From positions 1,992,230 to 2,024,229 of the forward strand of contig NZ_JPOO01000003.1 of the NCBI RefSeq assembly GCF_000733925.1: 32,000 nucleotides of DNA. Direction: 5' to 3'. The position numbers were made by a program, and so were the translations under genes. Origin of the DNA: Arenibacter algicola. Lineage in GTDB: Bacteria; Bacteroidota; Bacteroidia; Flavobacteriales; Flavobacteriaceae. This document shows positions 1 through 9,107 of the stretch, piece after piece; position 1 is the first letter of the stretch; each line of letters begins with the position of its first letter. The notes under the pieces were generated by a model that saw only the letters and a list, made by a program, of their open reading frames with translations, was not told the DNA's origin and did no database searches.

Positions 1-1933
1 CTCTTTTATAAAGATTACTTCCGTGATCCTGTACATAATTGGCCAAAACACCTCTTCCCGAACTGGCAGCTTCCCACAATCCGTCTGGTTGGTACACTTT
101 AACACTTCGTCCACCTATTTCAGGGTTTAGCAAGCCACTGGTAGCCAAGGCATGGTCACGTACCATTTCCGCATTAAATCGCAAGCGCGACATTCTTGAC
201 AGGTATTTATTCTCTGGGTCAACAGCCAGTTTATCCTTACTTATGACCGATGATTGCTTATATGTGGCAGACATGACAATTTTCTTGATCATGCGTTTCA
301 TATCCCAGCCGTTCTCCATAAAATCTGCCGACAACCAATTCAACAGATGGACATTGGTAGGCAAATCCCCTTGCATACCAAAATCGCCGGATGATCTTAC
401 GATTCCTGCCCCAAAAATCTCTTGCCACATTCGGTTTACAAATACCCTACTGGTCAAAGGGTTTTTGGCATCGAACAACCACTTTGTCAAACCTAAGCGG
501 TTGCGCTCATAGGCACTATCATCATAGGCCAAAACCGATGCAGGAGCTTGGGCCTTTACTTCTTCGCCAACATCGTCATATACGCCTCTATTTAGAATAT
601 GTGTGGTTCTAACATCCGGCCTTTCTTCAATGACCATAACGTCTACATCCTCTTCTTCCTTTTTATTAATGAAAGGAAGTTCTTTTTGGACAAGCTCGTC
701 AGTAATTGTAATTATAGGAGCCTCCGCCAATATTTCCCCTTTGTTTTGCCTAGGGGGCATTCTATCAAAAAATGCAAATGTGCTGAAATAGTCCTTTTGT
801 GAAATAGGATCATATTTATGGTCGTGACATTTGGCACATTCCAATGTCAATCCCAAAAATGCCTTTCCAAAGGTATTGGTTCTATCGGTTACATTTTCGA
901 CCCTAAATTCTTCTTCGATGATACCAGCTTCCTGGTTAATTTTATGGTTTCTATTGAATCCTGTAGCCAAAATTGTCTCCATATTCTTCTGGGGAACCAG
1001 ATCGCCCGCCAATTGGTAGGTGACAAATTTCTCATAACTGTAATTTTCATTAAAGGCGTGAATCACCCAATCCCGCCAAGGCCACATGGTTCTCAACTGA
1101 TCGTTTTGAAACCCGTGCGAATCGGCGTAGCGGGCAACATCCAACCAGTGGCTAGCCATCTTTTCACCATAATGATCGCTGGCCAATAGCTCGTCGACAA
1201 CTTTCTCGTAGGCATCGGCAGCATCATTCTGGATAAATTTTTTCTGCATTTCGGGTGTTGGAGGCAGTCCTGTTATATCCAAGGAAACTCTTTTTAAGAG
1301 TCGTTCTTTATCCGCCATGGGATTGGGAGTCAGGCCCACGTCCTGTAATTTTTGTAGAACAAAATAATCTATTTCATTATTGACCCAATCTGCATTTTTC
1401 AACTTGGGCAGCTCGGGTTTGTCAACGGCCACAAAAGCCCAATGAGGTTCATAGGCCGCCCCTTGCTCTATCCACTTTTTTAAAATTTGGATTTCATAGG
1501 AAGACAATTTTAAATTGGAATCTAAGGGAGGCATGAGCTCGGTACTGTCCTTTGCCGTTATTTTTTGATAGAGGACCGACTTTTCCAAATTATTGGGAAC
1601 AATGGCGAATTCGTTTTTCCTGTCCTTGAGCGCCTTAAAGGCCCCTTCAGGAGTGTCTAACCGCAAATCTTCGGCTCTTTTATTGACATCTGGCCCATGA
1701 CAGGCAAAACATTTATCGGATAGTATGGGACGGACATCAAAATTATAATCCACTACCTCAGGAATTTTTTTCGATGGAATTGCTGCATATTCACCTTTTT
1801 GTTTGCAAGAGATTAAGAAAATGAAGAGTAATCCGAGGTATAGTATAATTGACTTTCCCCTGGAATTAAATTTTTGTATCTCGGTATTGCATGCCAATAT
1901 GGCCAACAAGAACATAATAAGGGTTTTCTTCAT
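1..1933 (-). CDS. PSCyt1 (CxxCH haem-c) / DUF1549 / DUF1553 (PSD1) family protein; C-terminus cut by the window edge
   Basis: Absent from the ORF track because it has no stop inside the window. My translation of the minus strand from ATG (complement of 1931-1933) stays open to base 1: no tta, cta or tca triplet occurs in the plus-strand phase starting at position 2. The product begins MKKTLIMFLLAILACNTEIQ. It contains SDKCFACHGPD (a CxxCH haem-c site typical of the PSCyt1 domain). Further on it contains LTLECAKCHDHKYDPISQKDY and RVFVNRMWQEIFG, which I recognise as DUF1549/DUF1553 hallmarks. The plus-strand ORFs at 39-1189 are antisense shadows. Confidence 0.85.
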   Translation of the reverse strand, partial: MKKTLIMFLLAILACNTEIQKFNSRGKSIILYLGLLFIFLISCKQKGEYAAIPSKKIPEVVDYNFDVRPILSDKCFACHGPDVNKRAEDLRLDTPEGAFKALKDRKNEFAIVPNNLEKSVLYQKITAKDSTELMPPLDSNLKLSSYEIQILKKWIEQGAAYEPHWAFVAVDKPELPKLKNADWVNNEIDYFVLQKLQDVGLTPNPMADKERLLKRVSLDITGLPPTPEMQKKFIQNDAADAYEKVVDELLASDHYGEKMASHWLDVARYADSHGFQNDQLRTMWPWRDWVIHAFNENYSYEKFVTYQLAGDLVPQKNMETILATGFNRNHKINQEAGIIEEEFRVENVTDRTNTFGKAFLGLTLECAKCHDHKYDPISQKDYFSTFAFFDRMPPRQNKGEILAEAPIITITDELVQKELPFINKKEEEDVDVMVIEERPDVRTTHILNRGVYDDVGEEVKAQAPASVLAYDDSAYERNRLGLTKWLFDAKNPLTSRVFVNRMWQEIFGAGIVRSSGDFGMQGDLPTNVHLLNWLSADFMENGWDMKRMIKKIVMSATYKQSSVISKDKLAVDPENKYLSRMSRLRFNAEMVRDHALATSGLLNPEIGGRSVKVYQPDGLWEAASSGRGVLANYVQDHGSNLYKR

Positions 1934-2085
1934 TTTGAAATCTTTTTTAAATTCTCATTTAGAATCAGTATTAACTTCAGTCATACTTTGACAAATTAAA
2001 AGATTCTGTTCGCAACTATAGTTTGCTGAACCACAGCTATGTATTTAAGCGTTAAAATTCAATGTTCTATTATAATTTTTAAAAA

Positions 2086-2113
2086 GGTAATGCACTCTTT
2101 CAAGTGCATTACC
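2086..2113 (-). terminator. Rho-independent terminator after susD-like gene 1
   Basis: Perfect 10-bp inverted repeat ggtaatgcac (2086-2095) / gtgcattacc (2104-2113) with an 8-nt loop. On the minus strand it is followed directly by TTTTT (complement of aaaaa at 2081-2085). It lies 59 nt downstream of the stop at 2172. Confidence 0.7.
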
Positions 2114-2171
2114 ACAATTAACTCAAACTAACTCAACTTTACAAAAAATATACAATTTATTGTTCCAAAAA

Positions 2172-3692
2172 TTAATACCCGGGATTTTGTTGCAAATTTG
2201 GATTTACGTCCATTTCAGATTGTGGAAATGGCCATAAATAATGTTTTGCTGGATTAAAAACACGCGGCACACCACTATCAGGCTCAACCAAGGTATTAAG
2301 ATAGGTTTCGGCCAATTTCCATCGCTTGATATCTCCAAATCTTCTTCCTTCCAAAGCAAATTCGACCCTTCTCTCATTCCAAATTCGGGCTCTCATTTCG
2401 TCTTTTGTCAATCCATCCGGGAGGGGTGGCATTTCAATTCCTGGCCTTCCGCGCACAGTGTTGACCGCATCATACACTTCAGTCGTAGGGCCGCTAATTT
2501 CGTTTGTTGCTTCAGCGTAATTCAACAACACCTCTGCGTATCTAATTAATATCCAATCCTGTTCGCTCAAAGTAGAATAATCTACTGGAAGTTCTTCTAC
2601 ATCAGCTCCCTTCGTTGGCATATATCCTGTAGATGAGGGCGTATTATAAGCATATGAAACAACCTCGCCCGATGCTTTTATGGCTGGGTCATCGAATGGT
2701 TTCAACGTCAATTCAAGCCGTGGATCACGGTTTAATTTATAATTCGCAGGGTCATACAAAGGAGATTCACTAATCGGCAGGCCATCTGTGCATTCAAAGG
2801 CATCCCTCAATTCCTCGCGAGGATGCCAGGCTCCCCACCATTCCATTTGAATATCCTGTTGGCTAGAATTATCAGGATTTAAATATCTTGTCGAAAACAT
2901 AATTTCAGGATTTCCGTCTTGACCGTAAACTAAGAACATGTTTTTAAAATCATCGGAAAGACTAAATTTTCCTTCGGTCATTACCTGATTTGCCGCTGCT
3001 GCTGCACCTGACCAATCACCCTGAAAAAGCAGCACCCTTGATTTAAGCGCCAATGCAGAACCTTTTACGGCATGTCCGGTACTACTGTAATCCGTATTGG
3101 GCAATTGAGCAATAGCAACATCCAAATCCGCAATAACCTGAGCAATTACCTCAGCCTTTGAACTTTGCGCAACCTTGGCCTCGTCAATGTTTTCAAAAGG
3201 TTCGGTATATAGTGGTACACCCCCATAATAATCGGTCAACGTAAAATAAAACAAAGCCCTTAAAAATAGCACCTCTGCCTTATAAACATCTATGGTACTG
3301 GCAGGAATAGGAGTTTTATCAATATTGGCCAAGAAAAAATTACATGAAGCAATGCCTCTATAACAATCGGTAAAGACAGATGAAATAAGTCCCCCCGATG
3401 TAGCTTCAATAAGGCCTAAGGCCATATTTTGTGCATTCCCGTCACCCCTACTGGCCTCGCCACCAAGTACGTCAAAACTCAGGTTATGAAAATTGAATGT
3501 ATTAGTATTCAACCGTGAATAACACCCGGCCAAGGCCATGTCGGCATCGTTCTGTGTATTCCAGAATGTAGGGCTGGATATTTCCGTCAAAGGGTTTTTA
3601 TCCAAAAAATCATTCTCGCATGACATTGTAAAAAGTGCTAATAAGACAATTGTGTAACTTATAACCTTGCCCCTATTTATATATATCTTCAT
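2172..3692 (-). CDS. SusD/RagB-family outer-membrane glycan-binding lipoprotein
   Basis: 506 aa. Lipoprotein signal LLALFTMSC followed by acidic residues (CENDFLD). Sits 17 nt downstream of a SusC-type gene. Typical SusD C-terminus (RRVEFALEGRRFGDIKRW ... QNPGY). Confidence 0.93.
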   Translation of the reverse strand: MKIYINRGKVISYTIVLLALFTMSCENDFLDKNPLTEISSPTFWNTQNDADMALAGCYSRLNTNTFNFHNLSFDVLGGEASRGDGNAQNMALGLIEATSGGLISSVFTDCYRGIASCNFFLANIDKTPIPASTIDVYKAEVLFLRALFYFTLTDYYGGVPLYTEPFENIDEAKVAQSSKAEVIAQVIADLDVAIAQLPNTDYSSTGHAVKGSALALKSRVLLFQGDWSGAAAAANQVMTEGKFSLSDDFKNMFLVYGQDGNPEIMFSTRYLNPDNSSQQDIQMEWWGAWHPREELRDAFECTDGLPISESPLYDPANYKLNRDPRLELTLKPFDDPAIKASGEVVSYAYNTPSSTGYMPTKGADVEELPVDYSTLSEQDWILIRYAEVLLNYAEATNEISGPTTEVYDAVNTVRGRPGIEMPPLPDGLTKDEMRARIWNERRVEFALEGRRFGDIKRWKLAETYLNTLVEPDSGVPRVFNPAKHYLWPFPQSEMDVNPNLQQNPGY

Positions 3693-3709
3693 AATATTGT
3701 ATTTTAAGA

Positions 3710-6700
3710 TTAAATTTTCAATTTAACTCCCATGGTGTATGTTGTCAGCTGAGGGTAAGCCGTAAACCAACCCGTATTGGCTTTTTCAGGATCGGATCCC
3801 GGCCACTTGGTGAAAGTAAATAAATTGTCGCCGGACATATACACATTAACGCCTTGCAAACCAATCGTTTGGCATAATTCTTTAGGTATATTATATCCAA
3901 TAGACAGATTCTTCAATCTGAGATAGGACGAATCCAACAACCAGTAGGTGTTTGGTGTTCCTGTGACAGGTCCATATCCGGTAACAAACATGGCAGGATG
4001 AGAATTGGTAGAACCTTCACCTGTCCATCTATTGTTTACAAAATCAACGGTTGGGGGCGATCCCTGCATGTATGGCGTAAGTCCCCAAGCCAAGGTCTGG
4101 ACATGTGCTTTGGATCCTTCGACTCCCTGAAAAAATAACGATAAATCAAAGTTTTTGTAAGAAAGGTCTACTGTACCTCCATAAAAGGACTTAGGGTATG
4201 CTCCTTCTATTACAACCCTGTCATCAGCATTTATGGTACCATTGTTATCCGCATCCTTAAATTTCAGGTCTCCCGGTTTTGGATTGAAAGGATGTATGGG
4301 AGCTGCATCGATTTCAGCCTGGTTTTGAAATATTCCGTCGAATTCCACCAAATAATGGGAGTTAAAAGGAAGACCTACCTGAGTAGTGGTATTTCCATAG
4401 GTCGGAGACAATATTTCCAATACTTCATTTTTGTAACTGGAATAATTAATACTAGCGCTATAAGAGAAATCGCCAAAACTTTTCTGGCTGCCTACCACAA
4501 GATCGATACCGGTGTTTTTCATTTTACCGAAGTTTACTGTTGGTGCCGACAGACCTATACTTGCAGGTACCGGAATCTGATAAAGGATATCATCGGTAAC
4601 TTTGTTATACCAGTCAAAAGTAAAGCTAAACAAACCATTAAGCATACTAAAGTCAACCCCAATGTCGGTCATGGTGGTTGTTTCCCATTTCAGATTCCGA
4701 TCTACCATGCGGTTCTGAATAACGCCTGGTTCGGAAGATATAAACGGGTAGGAAGTAGTTGATAAAACTTCTTGATAAGGATATAGTCCAACATTTTGGT
4801 TGCCCAATTGGCCCCAAGAAGCTCTTATTTTAAAATTGTCCAACCAATCCACATTTTCCATAAACGCTTCTTCTGAAACCCTCCATCCAGCAGATAAGGA
4901 AGGAAAGAATCCCCATCGCGTATCTGGTGAAATTCTAGAAGTGCCATCGTATCTTGCATTGGCCTCAAGTAAATATTTGCCCTGATAATCATAGGTGGCA
5001 CGACCAAAATATGATTGTATCGCCCATTCCGTTGCCCCTCCTCCGGTAGATTGACCATTGGAAGCGCCGGCATCAAGTTCCTTTAGATCGTTGGTTGGAA
5101 AATTAATTCTCTGACCTCTAAGATATCTGTCTTTAAATCCTTCTTGATTATATCCTATCAATACGCTAAGGTTGTGATCTTCAAAGTTCTTGGTAAAATT
5201 CAAGGTCGAATAAAATGTAGACAACTTGCTAGTGGTCCATATATCATTTACCCCCAGTCGCCAAGTAGCATTATTATGGGCATATGAACCATCTTTAAAG
5301 TAATAGTTATCAACCGCATGCTCGTGATTCTTATATTGATTGTTGTCGATAGTAAGTGCATATTTGGAATTCCAAGTCAAATCTTTGGTTAGATTAATCT
5401 CACTGTAAAACTGAGGCAGAACATTGTACCGGGTCTCTGTCATAAGACCACTTGCATCTTGCGCATCAGGGTTTCTTACTGTCCATTCAGCAATATCGGA
5501 ACTATATCGGGCCACATATCCTGTACTACCATCCGGTAAAGTCATCGTAGGCGTATAATTAGGAGCCGCACCGTATATGGCAAGTATTTGATAGTCCACG
5601 TTATTGTCCCAGTTACTTCTGGTTATGTCCTTGTTGACAAACTGTATATCACCCCCGATCTTAATCCAATCATTCAATCTTGAATCAACGGTCACTCGTC
5701 CGTTGAATCTTTGATATTCGTAATTACTTGTAATACCGGGTTGGTCCAGATAACCAAGGGATACACTGAAAACAGTGTTTTCATTTCCCCCACTTATGCG
5801 AAAAGACTGGTTATTCACAATGGCGGTATTAAAGGTATGGTCGATCCAATTAAAATTGGGATAATTAACCGGGTCGTTAGGATTGTTCCTAAAGCCATCA
5901 ATTTCCGCTTGGGTAAAGTGTGGGGCTTGACCATTCCTTGCCCTAGCTTCGTTCCAAAATTGCATGTAGTCCGCTGAATTATATAACAATTCAGGTAATC
6001 TGCTAGCGCTCTGCGCCTGAATATTTCCGTGATAGTCAATTACTAGACTGCCTGCCTTGCCTTGTTTTGTTGTTATCAGGATAACCCCATTTGCGGCACG
6101 GGCACCGTAAATGGCACTTGACGCGGCATCCTTTAAAACGGAAACCGATTCAATGTCATTTGGATCAAGATTGGTCATGTCACCACTTATACCGTTTATT
6201 AGCACCAATGGATTACTTCCTGCTCCACTAAATGTGCCTATTCCCCTTATGCGCAAAGTATTGCCTTCATCTCCGGGTTTACCGGAAGACGATGAAACTT
6301 GAAGACCAGGAACTCTACCTTGGAGTAAATTCTCAACATTGGCAGATGGCCTTTTGATAAGTTCCTCGGAACTAACCGTTGCTACAGAACCTGTAAGATT
6401 TTCCTTTTTTTGCGTGCCATAACCAACCACAACCACTTCTTCCAAACCAGCGGCATCTTCCTCCATACTAACAACAATATCAGTCTGTCCACTTAGAGTA
6501 ACTTCTTTGGTTGAAAATCCAATATAGGAAACAATCAATACAGCATTTTCGCTTGCTATTTCCATTGAAAATTTACCATCAAAGTCAGCTGTAACGCCAT
6601 TGCTCGTTCCTTTTTCAATGATATTAGCTCCCGGTAAGGGGGAGCCGTCCACATCTGTCACAGTACCACTTACTTGAAATTGTAATTTCTTGTCCAAAAT

Positions 6701-7102
6701 CTTAATTGAACTACTTTCCACGGAATTCGTTGGACTTTTTTTAACCACGATAGTTCCGTCATCTGTAAAGTTATAAGTAAAACTTAAAGGCGATAAGGCT
6801 TTGTCCAATAAGTCCCCAGCTTTAATTACACCTTTTTTTAGGTCAATATTAGGCGAGGTTTTGATTAGGTCATGGCGATAAATAAACTTATAGTCAGTTT
6901 GCTTATTTATTAGCCGAAATACCTGTTTGACGTTTAAGGTAACATCAGAATCGATGATGATCTCGGCATTTTGAGCCTCTCCATTTAAAGGACTGAGTGC
7001 AAATGAAATCGAACAAAAGAGGAAAATAATGGATTTCATAAAAAGGCGTAAAAGAACTTTGCCAAATAGGCAAGGTGGTCGGTTGGTTAATTTAATTTTC
7101 AT
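3710..7102 (-). CDS. SusC/RagA-family TonB-dependent transducer with N-terminal STN signalling extension
   Basis: 1130 aa. An STN-like segment (about aa 50-122, VTLNVKQVFRLINKQTDYKFIYRHD) precedes a carboxypeptidase-regulatory-like domain (VSGTVTDVDGSPLPGANIIEKGTSNGVTADFDGKF). Plug motifs follow (LKDAASSAIYGARAANGVILITTK). The beta-barrel ends ...YTMGVKLKI. A more plausible start is M22 (ATG at 7039), giving the signal peptide MKSIIFLFCSISFALSP. Confidence 0.93.
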   Translation of the reverse strand: MKIKLTNRPPCLFGKVLLRLFMKSIIFLFCSISFALSPLNGEAQNAEIIIDSDVTLNVKQVFRLINKQTDYKFIYRHDLIKTSPNIDLKKGVIKAGDLLDKALSPLSFTYNFTDDGTIVVKKSPTNSVESSSIKILDKKLQFQVSGTVTDVDGSPLPGANIIEKGTSNGVTADFDGKFSMEIASENAVLIVSYIGFSTKEVTLSGQTDIVVSMEEDAAGLEEVVVVGYGTQKKENLTGSVATVSSEELIKRPSANVENLLQGRVPGLQVSSSSGKPGDEGNTLRIRGIGTFSGAGSNPLVLINGISGDMTNLDPNDIESVSVLKDAASSAIYGARAANGVILITTKQGKAGSLVIDYHGNIQAQSASRLPELLYNSADYMQFWNEARARNGQAPHFTQAEIDGFRNNPNDPVNYPNFNWIDHTFNTAIVNNQSFRISGGNENTVFSVSLGYLDQPGITSNYEYQRFNGRVTVDSRLNDWIKIGGDIQFVNKDITRSNWDNNVDYQILAIYGAAPNYTPTMTLPDGSTGYVARYSSDIAEWTVRNPDAQDASGLMTETRYNVLPQFYSEINLTKDLTWNSKYALTIDNNQYKNHEHAVDNYYFKDGSYAHNNATWRLGVNDIWTTSKLSTFYSTLNFTKNFEDHNLSVLIGYNQEGFKDRYLRGQRINFPTNDLKELDAGASNGQSTGGGATEWAIQSYFGRATYDYQGKYLLEANARYDGTSRISPDTRWGFFPSLSAGWRVSEEAFMENVDWLDNFKIRASWGQLGNQNVGLYPYQEVLSTTSYPFISSEPGVIQNRMVDRNLKWETTTMTDIGVDFSMLNGLFSFTFDWYNKVTDDILYQIPVPASIGLSAPTVNFGKMKNTGIDLVVGSQKSFGDFSYSASINYSSYKNEVLEILSPTYGNTTTQVGLPFNSHYLVEFDGIFQNQAEIDAAPIHPFNPKPGDLKFKDADNNGTINADDRVVIEGAYPKSFYGGTVDLSYKNFDLSLFFQGVEGSKAHVQTLAWGLTPYMQGSPPTVDFVNNRWTGEGSTNSHPAMFVTGYGPVTGTPNTYWLLDSSYLRLKNLSIGYNIPKELCQTIGLQGVNVYMSGDNLFTFTKWPGSDPEKANTGWFTAYPQLTTYTMGVKLKI

Positions 7103-7109
7103 AAATTTG
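7102..7109 (+). promoter_or_regulatory. Candidate Bacteroidota -7 box (TAAATTTG = TAnnTTTG) pointing antisense to the fecR-susC transcription direction
   Basis: Exact match to the TAnnTTTG -7 consensus on the plus strand. A near -33 element (GTTG, 7082-7085) lies about 20 bp upstream. No plus-strand gene lies downstream, but a plus-strand terminator follows at 7152-7192. Confidence 0.3.
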
Positions 7110-7114
7110 TAATG

Positions 7115-7192
7115 GTTTAGTTAAACATAGTTTTAATTAATCTACTTGGACAAAGGCCGTTGCTGTGGAAGGTGCTGGCCTTTTCCTTTTTT
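7115..7192 (+). ncRNA. Candidate short cis-antisense sRNA in the anti-sigma/susC intergenic gap (DonS-like arrangement)
   Basis: Bounded by the plus-strand TAAATTTG box (7102-7109) and the plus-strand hairpin plus T-tract (7152-7192). It lies antisense to the susC leader. The ends are inferred, not observed. Confidence 0.25.
7152..7192 (+). terminator. Plus-strand hairpin plus T-tract (intrinsic-terminator-like) with no plus-strand CDS upstream
   Basis: aaaggcc (7152-7158) pairs with ggccttt (7177-7183), leaving an 18-nt loop. It is followed by TTTTCCTTTTTT (7181-7192). On the minus strand the same hairpin is followed by GTCCAAGTAGA with no U-tract, so it is directional for the plus strand. 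Confidence 0.4.
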
Positions 7193-8354
7193 ATTTAATA
7201 ATAATTGTTTTATTGGCAATTTCAAATTTTAACTGGCCCTCACTGGTAGCTTCAATAAGTTTAAGAATATCTTCTACCGCATTGGTTCTTTCCAATATTC
7301 CCGTAAAGACAAAATTCTTTTGTTTGGCATTCTCAAAAATAACCTCAGTATCATACCATCTTGAAAGTACCGTCATTATTTCCTCCAAGGGTTTTTCATT
7401 AAAGGCAAACAAACCTTTTACCCATGAAATTTCCTGGGACACATCAATTTCCTCAATATCTATTTTATCACTTTCATGACTAATTCTAGCCTGTTGGTTG
7501 GGCATTAGGGTTTCACTAAACTCACCTTTTTTTATTTTGATTTTCCCTTCAACCAAGGTGGTAGCCATAACCGGGTCATTATTATAGGCCTTAATGTTAA
7601 ATTCCGTACCCAAAACATCAATCTCTTGGGATTTTGTAAGGACTTGAAATGCAGCGCCTTTGTGTGCGGTACTTGGCGAAACCTTAAAATAAGCCTCACC
7701 ATATATTAGTTCTACCTTCCGGGTTAGACCTTCGGCAAATGTCACTGGATATTTTAATTTGGTTTCTGAATTCAGCCACACTTCCGTACCATCCGACAAT
7801 TTGATAAAAAATTGGCCACCTCGAGGAATGGTCAAATAATTGTACAACTGTTCTTTTTCAACTTCATTATTATGCTTTTTTTCAGCATAGACCAATTCCT
7901 CCCCGTTACTACTTACCCCACCGGTTTGAAATTTTTTCCCTTTTTCCAGCGCCACCTCATCCCCATTTTCCAGGGTAAGGATGGCCTTATCCGTCCCAGC
8001 TACTATAGTTTGTGGCTGTTTAACATCTACTGTCGCAATTTTGTCATCAGTAATATAAGCTAGGTAAAAGACCGTGCCTATTACTAGTAAAACAGAAGCA
8101 GTGAAGGCTATTCTCTTGTACAGGTTCATTCTTGCTATCCGCTTGTCCTTTTTAAGCCTGTCCTTAATAGATTCCTTGGCTTTATTAACATCGTATTCTG
8201 TCATGGAAAGTGTACTTATATATTGTGTTTTAACAAGACTATTAAAGACTCGCAACCCTTCTGCCGTTTTTAGCAAATCTTCCAATCTTTCCAACTCGGA
8301 ATGATTGGCCTCCTGATTTAGAAACTTGACGATTATTTTTTCTACTTCGGCCAT
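7191..8354 (-). CDS. FecR-family anti-sigma factor (single-pass membrane sensor with C-terminal SusC-STN-interacting domain)
   Basis: 387 aa. One TM helix (IAFTASVLLVIGTVFYLAYI, about aa 82-101) follows a cytoplasmic N-terminal region. The periplasmic FecR-like beta-rich region includes LSDGTEVWLNSETKLKY and AYFKV. It lies directly upstream of the STN-bearing SusC and next to an ECF sigma gene. Confidence 0.9.
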   Translation of the reverse strand: MAEVEKIIVKFLNQEANHSELERLEDLLKTAEGLRVFNSLVKTQYISTLSMTEYDVNKAKESIKDRLKKDKRIARMNLYKRIAFTASVLLVIGTVFYLAYITDDKIATVDVKQPQTIVAGTDKAILTLENGDEVALEKGKKFQTGGVSSNGEELVYAEKKHNNEVEKEQLYNYLTIPRGGQFFIKLSDGTEVWLNSETKLKYPVTFAEGLTRKVELIYGEAYFKVSPSTAHKGAAFQVLTKSQEIDVLGTEFNIKAYNNDPVMATTLVEGKIKIKKGEFSETLMPNQQARISHESDKIDIEEIDVSQEISWVKGLFAFNEKPLEEIMTVLSRWYDTEVIFENAKQKNFVFTGILERTNAVEDILKLIEATSEGQLKFEIANKTIIIK

Positions 8355-8473
8355 CTTTAACTCAACAATTATGCATCTAATACGCTCAAATTTTACATAC
8401 CCCTCTATTTTTTGTGTATTTTTTTTCGATATTCAAAAAAAAATTTTTGTAATATTGAGAATAACCAATTTTA

Positions 8474-9073
8474 ATGGACCACCTAAAAAACCAATATTTA
8501 GCCGAAAGATTAATTTCTGGGGATTGCAAAGCCTACGATTTTTTAATGGATACATATTACCAAAGCTTGTGCGCCTATGCCCAGTCTTTGTGCCATGATC
8601 ATGCCTTGGCCGAAGATATAGTTCAAAACGTATTTGTTAAGATTTGGGTTAAGAGAAAAAAAATTAATCCAGATTTTTCCATCAAGAGTTATTTGTATAA
8701 ATCCGTCTATAATGAGTTTATTAGTCAATACAGAAAAACTAAACCTGTTCTGTATTTGGAGAAAAAATATTTTGAGGCTATCGATGTGGTGGCGGAAATA
8801 GAACCGGAAGAATTGGAGGGCTTAATAAAATTAATGAATGCCGAAATTGATAATTTACCGTCCAAATGCAAAGAAATATTTTTAATGAATAAGAAGGAAG
8901 GACTTACCCATACCGAAATCTCGGAATACCTCAACATCTCCATTAAAACCGTAGAAGGCCATATTACACGGGCCTTTAAAATATTGACAGAAAAACTGGG
9001 CACCAAAGTGGAAGCCGTGTTATTCTTACTTTTCGATTTCAAAAAACAAAAAAGAAGGTCTTCTTTGGGGTAA
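8474..9073 (+). CDS. ECF-type RNA polymerase sigma-70 family factor
   Basis: 199 aa. Region 2-like AEDIVQNVFVKIWVKR. Region 4 HTH LPSKCKEIFLMNKKEGLTHTEISEYLNISIKTVEGHITRAFKIL. Divergent from fecR across a 119-bp gap. Confidence 0.9.
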   Translation: MDHLKNQYLAERLISGDCKAYDFLMDTYYQSLCAYAQSLCHDHALAEDIVQNVFVKIWVKRKKINPDFSIKSYLYKSVYNEFISQYRKTKPVLYLEKKYFEAIDVVAEIEPEELEGLIKLMNAEIDNLPSKCKEIFLMNKKEGLTHTEISEYLNISIKTVEGHITRAFKILTEKLGTKVEAVLFLLFDFKKQKRRSSLG

Positions 9074-9107
9074 AGTCTTAGCAGTCTTTATAATTTGCAG
9101 CCGGAAA

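Noticed and set aside
39-1189. Plus-strand ORFs (157, 73, 67, 62, 123 and 62 aa) at the left end of the window
   Set aside because: They lie antisense to a continuous minus-strand reading frame (1-1933) that carries clear CxxCH and DUF1549/DUF1553 motifs. Their products are low-complexity, with no recognisable motifs.
4292-4762. 156-aa plus-strand ORF, and similar ORFs inside susC-1 (4800-4985, 5711-5977, 6111-6302, and the minus-strand out-of-frame ORFs at 4825-5076 and 5815-6039)
   Set aside because: They lie fully inside a well-supported 1130-aa SusC gene, in the opposite strand or another frame, and show no motifs.
7165-7479. 104-aa plus-strand ORF overlapping the fecR 3' end
   Set aside because: It is an antisense shadow of fecR with a Ser/Leu/Ile-rich nonsense-like sequence. 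Only its first roughly 30 nt coincide with the plus-strand hairpin region, which I discuss as RNA rather than as coding.
8326-8598. 90-aa plus-strand ORF spanning the sigma/anti-sigma gap
   Set aside because: It overlaps the start of the sigma-factor gene out of frame, and also the fecR 5' end. Its sequence is low-complexity.
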